Positions 52,711 through 64,000 of a DNA stretch of 64,000 nucleotides are shown here, in pieces. Below the pieces are notes generated by a model. It was given only the letters and a program-made list of their open reading frames with translations, made no database searches and was not told the DNA's origin. Position 1 is the stretch's first letter. Every line of letters starts with the position of its first letter. The stretch comes from Octopus vulgaris (Eukaryota): assembly GCA_951406725.2 (NCBI GenBank), contig OX597814.1, forward strand, positions 10,044,001 through 10,108,000, written 5' to 3'. A program made the translations under genes and the position numbers.

Positions 52711-53915
52711 TAACATTTAATAGAAAGAAAAATTAAATTTTTTGAGCTTTAAAGGGTTAGGGATGGGGCAGTAGAGAAAAATAGGAATCAAAGAGGTTCA
52801 CAGGTAAAAAATGGTTGAAGATGACTGGATTAGTTAATCCATATTATGGCTCAAACAAATAACCTAATTAAAAAAAAAGTCGTATAAAATGGTTGATAGT
52901 CAGTGTATAATCTTGAATCTGTAACTTCCTTGATTTATCCAAGTTTACTGTTCTTCGATCGGGGTGTCACACTCGATTTTTTCCTATGCAGTTCTTACGT
53001 GTTTTAATGTAATGGCATCTATAGAAAGTTACACTGTTTTTGTTATTTGTCATTTAGTAAATTGCTCTAATAATTTTCTCTCGTGGTGAATAAAATAAAA
53101 TAAAATAAAATAAAGGAATGAAAATAATTATGTTTATTAGGCAGAAGAGAGGCAGAGATGTTAAAGCATTGGACCAAAATGTAATACATTTCTTCCCCAT
53201 TTAGCAAGAGAAAGAGAAGTAGGGAGAGGAAGAGAGAGAGAGAGAGAAAGAGAGAGGAAGGGGAGGTAGAGAAAGAGGGAAGGAGAGGGAGAAGAAGAGA
53301 GAGAGAAGCAGAGAGACAAGAAAAAAAGAAGAGATTGTGTTTTATCATAATGGACATTGTGACGATTTCGACTGGTCACTCACAATTTTCGTTGAATTTG
53401 GAGAATATTATCCAATGAAGAACGCTGTGTCCAAATTCCTGGATACTATTGTGAAGTTTCTTTGAGGAGTAACTAAAGGCACAAAATGTGACGCTACATG
53501 AAACTCCGTTGTAGTCCATTTTGATTGCTTTGTATTTTGTGGAAAAGAAGTGTCTAAATGCACTTTTTACTTCGTAACGTATATATATATATATATATAT
53601 AGTGGTGCACATTCACAAACACTCACCGAAACCAGGCTTTTCCCCCAGACAGACATAGACACATACACGTACACACACACACGCGCGCACACACAGACAC
53701 ACAGATAGGCAAGCACGCACACAGACATATGTTCTAATTTAAAAGCAGAGTATTAAGTTACTTAATGCATATAGTAGAATTTGTTCGTATTTCATTTCGA
53801 AGCCTTGGCTTTTCGTCATTGCTTCTCTAAGTTTTACGTGTTCGGTCATGCTGCGCGTGTGTGAATGTGTATGTGCTTGTGTATCTGTTTGTGTGGGCGT
53901 GCACAGACACACGAA

Positions 53916-53916
<1 letters not shown>

Positions 53917-53995
<79 letters not shown>

Positions 53996-54069
53996 GTCTG
54001 TCTGCCTATCTGTTTCAAATGTTTCAAATCTTGGCACAAGACCAAGTTTCTCTCTCTCTCTCCTTCTCT

Positions 54070-54161
<92 letters not shown>

Positions 54162-54221
54162 TTCAAATGTTTCAAATCTTGGCACAAGGCCAAGTTTCTC
54201 TCTCCCCCTCTCTCCTTCTCT

Positions 54222-54303
<82 letters not shown>

Positions 54304-54312
54304 ATCTATCTA

Positions 54313-54351
<39 letters not shown>

Positions 54352-54453
54352 CTCTATCTGTCTATCTGTTTCAAATGTTTCAAATCTTGGCACAAGGCCA
54401 GGTTTCTCTCTCTCTCTCCCCTTCTCTCTCTCTCCCTCTCTCTCCTTCTCTTT

Positions 54454-54480
<27 letters not shown>
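53917..54480. repeat. Compound minisatellite, 3 units of (TCTA)n(TCTG)n + gtttcaaatgtttcaaatcttggcacaag + (TC)n
   Basis: Spacer recurs at ~54012, ~54160 and ~54368. Confidence 0.9.
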
Positions 54481-54518
<38 letters not shown>

Positions 54519-54547
54519 TGTATGTATGTTTGTATGTATGTATATAT

Positions 54548-54590
<43 letters not shown>

Positions 54591-55294
54591 TATAGATAGA
54601 TAGATATATTATGTGTGTATGTATTCATGCATGTATGTATATATGTATATGAGCTTTCACAAACCCATTCATGCACTATATTAACCACTACACCGCTAAA
54701 CCTCACTATCTCCCTACCCTTTCCAACATCAATCCTCTCTATTCTCTCTTCCCTATAAACGCTGCATTTCCTCCATTTTCTTGTTTTCCGCCATTTTTGG
54801 TTAATTGTAAATCGATATTTTCCTCCTTTGACAAGTTCCTTAATTAGTCTCTTGGTCTTGTTTCTTTTCCTTTTCCCATTTTTTATTCATCTATTTTTTA
54901 AAACTTTTATATATCTTTATTTTTTATAGTCATTTATTTCATTCCTTCTCTTGGTTCCATTTTCTTCATTTTTTTCCTTTAATTTAACACTTCCTTCCTC
55001 CTTTCACTTTCATTCCTTGTTCGACGAACGTCTTTCATTCATTTTTAAGGCTATAACTTTTTCTCTTGTCTTTTCTAGAACCTTCTTTCATTCCATTCTT
55101 TAATAACATTCCTTCATTTAAAACTTCATTCGTTCAGCCCTTCTTTTATTCTTTTCTTCTGTTGTCTGTGTTTCTCTCTTTCATTTTTATATTTTTCATC
55201 TCTTAAATTCATTCTTCGTCTTTACTTCTTTCTTTCGTTACCTCTACTTTTCCATTCCATTTTCGTCTTCAATTTTCTTTCATTATTTTCTTTC

Positions 55295-55304
55295 TGTTTC
55301 TTTT

Positions 55305-55346
<42 letters not shown>

Positions 55347-55370
55347 TTTCTTTCCTTTCTTCCTCCCTTC

Positions 55371-55409
<39 letters not shown>

Positions 55410-55614
55410 TCCTTCCTTCCTTCTTTCCTTCCTTCCTTCCTTCCTTCCTTCCTTCCTTCCTTCCTTTCTTTCTTTCTTTCTTTCCTTCTTTCCTTCTTTC
55501 CTTCTTTCTTTCTTTCTTTCTTTTGTTCGTTCTTTCTTTCTTGCTTTCCATCTGTTTTATTCATTTGTTTTATTCATTTCCCTCACCTTTCTTTATGATT
55601 TCTCCCTGTCTTTT

Positions 55615-55673
<59 letters not shown>

Positions 55674-55675
55674 CT
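55295..55675. repeat. Polypyrimidine (TTTC/TTCC)n tracts
   Basis: Direct reading. Confidence 0.9.
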
Positions 55676-56013
55676 CCTCGCTTTGTTATTTGGATCAATT
55701 TGGTTTTAACCCCCTTAACTTTCTAACAATTTCCCCTGTTTAATTTCTCACTCAGTCTGCCTTTCCCAATTTTTTATATGTTCATATATATATATATATT
55801 TTATATATATATTTATACATTTTCTCCCCCTCCCCCTTTATACTTCCCCTCGCCTTCTGTCACGTCTTCTAAGAAGCAGCCACAACACTACACGACTCCC
55901 TTACTCTCCGCCTTTCCCTCTCTTACTTTCACACTGTTTTACATTAGTGCCGTCACGCACCCCCTAACACCCACACACCTTGCTTCCTCTCTTTCCGAAC
56001 ACCAACAACAACA

Positions 56014-56036
56014 ATAATAATAATAATAGTAATAAA

Positions 56037-56107
<71 letters not shown>

Positions 56108-56112
56108 TAATG

Positions 56113-56176
<64 letters not shown>

Positions 56177-56192
56177 TAATAATAATAATAAT
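56014..56192. repeat. (AAT)n microsatellite
   Basis: Direct reading. Confidence 0.95.
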
Positions 56193-56729
56193 AACAATGG
56201 CAAAAACAACAAAAATTACACCGCCTGCTCATCCCTAACACCACATTCTATCGTAACAAATCGTAACAAAAAGTCAAGAGGTATTGCTCTTCTCACTCGT
56301 AGAATAAGGAAACAACACTTCCGACTTCCGTCGATCACCCTTCCTCACTCCCTATACACATGCGCACGCGCACTCGCACAATCACAGGAACATCATGAAG
56401 ATATAGTTACGCAGTCAGACACATATACACAGACGTACAGAATCTGGAATATAGCCACTCACCCATATAAACATACAGTCACACATATACAGTATGTCCG
56501 GATACGTACACAAACACACACACACGATCACAGATGCACACTCGTGCACGCGCACTGATACATACGCAATATACACACGCAGGCATATACACACACACAG
56601 AACTGAATGATAATAATACACAGTCTCACTCATACAGATACATGCGCAACAACATACACATGTATCACATATACACAACCATGTGCACAGTCATACACTA
56701 TATACATACATATATGCAGATACACACAT

Positions 56730-57045
56730 ACATACATACACACATACATACACACATACATACATACACACATGCATGCATACATACACACATGCATGCA
56801 TACATACACACTTACATACAAGCACACATGCATACATATACACACATATCTGCATATTTATATATGTTTGCATATATAAATGTATGTGTGTGTATACATA
56901 TATACATACATACATACACACATACATACACACATACATACATACACACATGCATGCATACATACACACATGCATGCATACATACATATATACATACAAG
57001 CACACATGCATACATATACACACATATCTGCATATTTATATATGC
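56730..57045. repeat. Tandem duplication (~178-bp period) of a CA/TA-rich block
   Basis: catacaagcacacatgcatacatatacacacatatctgcatatttatatatg occurs at ~56815 and ~56993. Confidence 0.8.
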
Positions 57046-57073
57046 ATATATATGTATGTGTGTATATATATAC

Positions 57074-57277
<204 letters not shown>

Positions 57278-57580
57278 TACATATGTGCTCATACATATAT
57301 AATTACAGATGCATACAAGCACAATCATACATGCAAGCACACACACACACACAAACACGCACTCTCTCTCCCTATCACTCTCCCCTACGCACACAAACAG
57401 TTACACATACATAATAATACACACTCTCACACATACACACAAACCGACGGACACATGTACACAAATACGCAGCCATACGCAGACATACACAGACATATAC
57501 ATAACCATGGATATACACAACCAGCATCACGAACACACAAACACAGACAAACGCTCAGTAAGCCACATAGACACATCGTG

Positions 57581-57637
<57 letters not shown>

Positions 57638-58507
57638 CACATGCACACACACACACACTTTAACCTCTCCGCTGTCATTTATTCTAATTCATTATACTAA
57701 GACAACCTTCAACCATCCCATCCCATCCCATCCCATCCCACCTCCAGCTTCCCTCTTCCATCTCCATCCTCGGCTCTCCTTACTCTCTCTCCTTACTCTC
57801 CATGCGTCGATCTCCACACTCCTGTTTAACCCCCGCCGTCCCCTCGTTCACCGCACATCCTCCTTGCGCCCCAACCCCAACCCCACCCCCACCCAAGCAT
57901 GGTCGCTGTTCACTAAATAAAAAAGAAAAGAAAAAAACCCCAATAGCTATTAAAAGTTGTTTCTATTACGGGCAATAAAACAACAACAGCAACAACAACA
58001 ACAGCAACAACAACAACAAGAACAACAACAACATAAAACATCAGCATCAATAACAACAGAATCGACAACGAAAATGAATGTAAAAAAATAAAAATAAAAC
58101 AAAAACAAAAAAACAATCATGCAAAGAAAAAATAGCCTAACAAAAAAAAAAAGAAAGAAAAAAAAAGAAAGAAAAAAAAAGAAAAAGATGCCGAACGAAA
58201 ATCATATAAATATAAATAAAAACAACACTTCCCCGTTAGCCCCACCGCACCGATACATTAAGGAAAATGTTTACGTTATACACATGCATACATACATACA
58301 TGCATGCATACACAAACAGAGACACACACACATACATGTATATAAGCACACATAGGCATATAGATATTAATTTAGACGTGCATATACATGCAGACACACA
58401 CAGACACAAACAGACGCACACACATACACCACCAACATATATGGAGGATATGTATATACGTATATATGGGTGTACGTGTGTGTATATACATTATATATAT
58501 ATATATA

Positions 58508-58554
<47 letters not shown>

Positions 58555-58681
58555 TAGCCTGTTAGCCTGTTAGCCTGTTGGCCTAGACAGCGGGCTGGCG
58601 TCATTCAAAACTAAAACGATACAAAGCGCATCGTGGTCATCGATGTATAACAACATCTGGTACTATGGATGATCACGTCGT

Positions 58682-58769
<88 letters not shown>

Positions 58770-58788
58770 CACACACACACACACACAT

Positions 58789-58862
<74 letters not shown>

Positions 58863-59724
58863 GAAACAAAAGATGAGCTTTGACGAATAACTCAGAGTGG
58901 CCATGAACATAGATAAATGCAGATCTATCAAATACCATACAGCATAAATATTTGATTTATTAGAACCATCTCCGCCTCTAGAGGACCTGTCACTGTTATC
59001 AAATAGTAATTGTGCCCAGCTCCATATGGGAAAAAGGAGCTGATCTCATGAATAAAATCGTATGCAAAATTGATATACCATGCACACAGACACATACACA
59101 CGCACACACATGTACACACATATACACATACAGTCATAGATACATGCATATACATATGCATTTGTGTTTGTTTGTGTGTGTGTAATGAAAGTAAGAAAGT
59201 GTAACATAAAACCCAGCATTAACATTGAAGATATGTTTGGTACATGGTCACATATTTTAAAAGAGAAATCTAACCAACGCACATGACTGGTACTTATGTT
59301 AGAGATAGTAATGATGATCATTGGTGGGTGGGTGGGGGGGATAATAGAAATAATGACAACACTCAACCTCCTTCATAACCTCCACCTATTACTACTCCCA
59401 CAAATAATAATGGTCCCTGATTCAAGCATAAGGCCAACTACATGGAGAGAAGGTGCTATCTGATTTCATCAATACTCTACTTTACAGGTATTATATTTTA
59501 TAGACCTTCAAAAGAAGTTGTGTCCGGAAGATACTAAGCCAAATTAAACAACAAAAACACAAATCCTTGACACCGAACTTTATTCCTCTCCTAAAACATG
59601 GCAATTATCTATCATCTTAGTCATAATGTTCACTTGAACTTAAAACTCTGTGTCTCTTGAGGTTTCTGGGTGAGATATGGACTCAGCTCGTACAAACACA
59701 AAGCTAACGTCGACGTCAACGGTC

Positions 59725-60297
59725 TCAAATTTTACCACAAGGGCAGCAATTATTCACTTGGTGGTGGATAATGAGTCGATTACATCGATCCCAGTGCATA
59801 ACTGGTACTTAATTTATCGATCCCGGAACGATGAAAGGCAAAGTCGACCTCGGCGGAATTTGAACTCAGAACGTAACGGCAGACGAAATACCTATTTCTT
59901 TACTACCCACAAGGGACTAAACACAGAGGAGACAAACAAGGACAGACAGACGGGTTAAGTCGATTATATCGACTACAGTGCGTAACTGGTACTTAATTTA
60001 TCGACCCCGGAACGATGAAAGGCAAGGTTGACCTCGGCGCAATTTGAACTCAGAACGTAGCGGCAGCCGAAATACCTATTTCTTTACTACCCACAAGGGG
60101 CTAAACACAGAGAGGACAAACAAGGACAGACACACGGATTAAGTCGATTATATCGACCCCAGTGCATAACTGGTACTTATTTAATCGACCCCGAAAGGAT
60201 GATAGGCAAAGTCGACCTCGGCGGAATTTGAACTCAGAACGTAAAGACAGACGAAATGCCTAGCGGTATTTCGCCCGTGCTAACGATTCTGCCAGCA
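59725..60297 (-). mobile_element. Head-to-tail trimer of SINE family A (last unit has the A2 tail)
   Basis: Single head ~60297; junctions gaaatac|ctatttc at ~59891 and ~60075 (184-bp period). Confidence 0.9.
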
Positions 60298-61392
60298 CAA
60301 TAATAATAATTTGCTATCTACATTATCTGCCGGCAAACTGAATATTCTCTAACAAATGATGCACAGCATGTACTGAGGTTGCGACAACTTCATTGTTTCC
60401 CCGACACTGAGCAGGTTAGACTTGTTTTTCTGCAGCTAGTCTCTTTGACAAAGCTTCAGTCTTGGATCAAGTGCAGACTGATTGAGGGCGCCCGGTGTTT
60501 AGAGTGCCGTCAGGAACTCACAGCCCACTGCCAATATGGCAATGCTGTCAGTGAAAATTCTACCATGGCGTTCTTTAGACGATTAGTTGTAAGAACGACG
60601 TCGTACCCGCGGAATTTCTGACCGTCGACGAAAATCAAATAGCTGCTTTTTTCAGAGAATTTTCAAACCGGTGCTCATAGATAATTTCAAGAAATCCCTT
60701 ACCTACCAGTACTGCTGTGGGGCATTGCCAGCCCAGTATAAATTCTACAGGTTTAATGATGCCATCGGTCACCTCTGCCGAGAAGCGCGCAGAACGACGA
60801 AGCCATCCTTCACATATTTAGCAATATTTCTTCCATTACTTTCTGATTTCAAATTCTGCCGATGTCAACTTTACCTTCCGTCGCTTTGGGGTCGACATGT
60901 GTACCATTCTAGAACATGAGTAAAATTGCTGACCTTGTGCTAAAATTCAAAATCTTAATCATCAACACTATCATTATCAACAACATCGTTAACGGCAACA
61001 ATATCAACATGGCAGTGGCTGGTAGAATTATTAAAGCTTTACGTTATTGTTCTGACTTCAAATTTTGCCGAGGTCAATTTTGTCATTTTATCCTTTCATG
61101 GTCGATAAAATAAAGTAGCAGACAGGAACTTAGATGTCAGTCTTATGACTGACAGCTAAAATAGTTGGTATCTTATTTACGTTATAATTATTTCTAGGGC
61201 TTCAATCCGACGAACATGACTTTATCTTTCACTGTTCCTCTTAATTTTAGAGGTCGATATAAATGGCTGATTTCTGTCACAAAACATGAAGCCTTGTGCC
61301 TATGTAAAGAATCATTGTTTATATATATATATTGCAAATTTCTTTTTATTTTTAACGCACTAATGCACTTTCAATTCATTATCCGTTTACAT

Positions 61393-61517
61393 TTCCACTC
61401 AAGGCTTTGGACGTCTATAAGTAGAAGACACTTGGCCAAGGTTCCACGCAGTGGGATTGAACCCGGAACCATGTGGTTGGTAAGCAAACTGTTTACCACA
61501 CAACCACGCCTGCCCCT
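61393..61517 (-). mobile_element. SINE family B 5' fragment
   Basis: tccactcaaggctttgg...ccacgcagtgggattgaacccgg...ccacacaaccacgcctgc. Confidence 0.8.
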
Positions 61518-61608
61518 ATACGTCTATTCTTTAATAAATTACTCAATTCATCCAATCATTTATTTCTAATCTATCTACTTCTGCCTTTCTGTTCACCAGA
61601 AACATTTC

Positions 61609-62088
61609 AGGAGTGGCTGTGTGGTAAGTAGCTTGCTAACCAGCCACATGGTTCCGGGTTCAGTCCCACTGCGTGGCATCTTGGGCAAGTGTCTTCTGCT
61701 ATAGCCCCGGGCCGACCAATGCCTTGTGAGTGAATTTGGTAGACGGAAACTGAAAGAAGCCTGTCGTATATATGTATATATATATATGTGTGTGTGTGTA
61801 TGTGTTTGTGTGTCTGTGTTTGTCCCCCTAGCATTGCTTGACAACCGATGCTGGTGTGTTTACGTCCCCGTTACTTAGCGGCTCGGCAAAAGAGACCGAT
61901 AAAAAATGTACTGGGCTTACAAAGAATAAGTCCCGGGGTCGATTTGCTCGACTAAAAGGCTGTGCTCCAGCATGGCCGCAGTCAAATGACTGAAACAAGT
62001 AAAAGAGTAAAAAGAGTAAAGAGTAAAAAGAGTAAAGAGTAAAAAGAGTAAAGAGTAAAAAGAGTAAAGAGTAAAAAGAGTAAAGAGT
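61609..62088 (+). mobile_element. SINE family B, full length with expanded (AAAGAGTA) tail
   Basis: caggagtggctgtgtggtaag...gctccagcatggccgcagtcaaatgactgaaac followed by ~90 bp of aaagagt repeats. Confidence 0.9.
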
Positions 62089-62222
62089 ATCCCTTTTCCT
62101 TTCTTTTATACTTCTCACATTTTTCATTTCTTTTCCTATTTTCCCAAATCTTTCCTTTTCTCCCTTTTCTCTGTTTATCATTTCTACCCTTCCTGTGCCT
62201 GTCTCAATTTCTGTCTGTCTGC

Positions 62223-62224
<2 letters not shown>

Positions 62225-62275
<51 letters not shown>

Positions 62276-62655
62276 TTCCTTCCTTCCTTCCTTTCTTTCT
62301 TTCTTTCTTCCTTTCTTTCTTTCTTTCTTTCTTCCTTCCTTTCTTCCTTTCTTTCTTCCTTTCTTTTTTCCTTTCTTTCTTCCTTTCTTTTTTCCTTTCT
62401 TTCTTCCTTCCTTCCTTTCTTTCTTTCTTTCTTTCTTTCTTTCTCCTTTCTTCCTTTCTTCCTTCCTTCATTCCTTCCTTCCTTTCTTCCTTTCTTCCTT
62501 CCTTTCTTCCTTTCTTCCTTCATTCCTTCCTCCCCCCTCCCTCCTTTCTTTCTTTCTTTCTTTCTTTCTTTCCCCGCTCTCCCTCTCTCCCTATCCATCT
62601 CTTCCCTTCTATCCTCTTCTCTCTCTCTTCCTTTCTCTACTCGCCTCTCTTTCTC
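62225..62655. repeat. Polypyrimidine (TC)n/(TTTC)n/(TTCC)n tract
   Basis: Direct reading. Confidence 0.9.
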
Positions 62656-62738
62656 TCTTTTGGCTATCACTCTCGGCATCCTTCTGCAGCTTCTTTCTAT
62701 TCCCCAATATTTATTGAAAATATTATATTCCTAATTGG

Positions 62739-62773
<35 letters not shown>

Positions 62774-62959
62774 ATCTCTGTCTCTGTCTCTTGTTTGCCT
62801 TTCAGCAACCACCTCCCACTCTTATCATCATCATCATCATCACACCTCCCCCTCCACCATCCCACCACATCAAACATCTACAATCACCATTACAATCGCC
62901 ACAGTCACCACGATGACTGTCTTTAACTTTCAACCATGCGAAGTCCGACACCCCCCTCT

Positions 62960-63690
62960 TCTTCACCACCACCACCACCACCACCGACAACAACAACAAC
63001 AACAACGAAACAACCACCCCATCGATTCACCACTGTCACTGGTCACGACGACGATGACCACCACCACCACCACCACTATGACATCAGAGATGACACAACC
63101 GACTCGAGAATCGCCGCTGTCACATCACCATTAACACTCTCAACACCACCGGCCCCATCATCACCACAACCACCACCACCACCATCACCACGACGATCAC
63201 GACCATCACCACTATTACCACCACCACAACAACAACAATCACCACCACCATCACCACGACGATCACGACAATCACCACTATTACCACCACCAACACCATC
63301 ACCATCACCACCACCATTACACCATAAACCACCACGACCACAACCACAGCCACCACGACCACCTCCACAATCACCACCACCGCCACCATCACCACCATCA
63401 CTACGACGATCACGACCATCACCAAAACCACCACCACCACCACGACCACCACCACCACCACCACCACGACCACCACCATCATCACGACCACCACCATTAC
63501 ACCGTAAACTACCACGACCACAATCACAACCACCACCACAACCTCCACAATCACAACCACCACCACAACCTCCACAATCACAACCACCACAACCATCACC
63601 ACAACGGTCACGACCATCAACACCACAATGACGACGACGACGACCATCACCACCACCACCAACACCAACACCATTACCATCACCACCATC
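62960..63690. repeat. (CAC/CAT/GAC)n low-complexity tract
   Basis: Direct reading; source of the poly-P/G/V ORFs. Confidence 0.9.
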
Positions 63691-64000
63691 TTGCTTCATT
63701 TCACTGTACAAAAACATGCCTTCGTAGAATCACTCTTATCATACAAACATCGCAAACACACCAGAAGTCCGCATCACTCGCACACACACACACACACACA
63801 AAGCTCCACACATAATTGGAGATCCCACTCCTCCTTCCACTCCCACTCTCACTAACACCACAGCAGCATAACTGCCACTTTGTTACAGCGCTGTCCATTT
63901 ACATCACTTACGCCTACAATGGGAAACACCATGTACAATGTCACACACTTATGTGACAGCTTTGTTAGCCAACCGCCCCAATCGTTCGCCATGCTCTCTC

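Noticed and set aside
57869-57894. C-run cluster (G4 on minus); also 59323-59340 on plus
   Set aside because: Short motifs in low-complexity DNA with no supporting context
59770-60297. Regularly spaced repeats reminiscent of a CRISPR array
   Set aside because: Units are contiguous ~184-bp SINE segments with no unique spacers; eukaryotic context
60379-60919. Two ~80-aa ORFs in unique sequence
   Set aside because: No recognisable domain, non-ATG starts; the second runs into a SINE remnant
62936-63717. Extensin-like Pro-rich and Gly-rich ORFs
   Set aside because: (CAC)n low-complexity tract open in several frames on both strands; no domain or convincing splice context
63880-63960. Acceptor-like tttgttacAG as Tbx20 exon 2
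   Set aside because: The phase-1 reading reaches TGA after ~22 codons with no T-box similarity

Overview
AT-rich, microsatellite-saturated animal genomic DNA. The repeat complement (three tRNA-headed SINE families, CR1-type LINE, non-autonomous Helitrons, mariner relic, long (TA)n/(CATA)n/(GATA)n tracts) is most consistent with a coleoid cephalopod such as octopus (inference). The only convincing host coding sequence is the first coding exon of a Tbx20 (midline/H15)-type T-box gene at 25245-25785 (+). It carries the [17 protein letters not shown] eh1 motif and a phase-1 GTAAGT donor. I found no T-box exon downstream, so intron 1 is probably >38 kb. Nearly all other ORFs in the track are simple-repeat artefacts. 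Most notable observations: (i) several distinct minimal type-I hammerhead-ribozyme motifs of the Penelope-like-element kind, two inside long inverted repeats and several with non-canonical cores; (ii) a SINE and CR1-like LINE sharing a 3' tail whose stem-loop varies in sequence but stays paired; (iii) SINE trimers at two loci built from a ~184-bp unit with the same junction; (iv) nested insertions (SINE in mariner, Helitron in SINE). Boundaries of degenerate repeats are approximate because they were read by eye.
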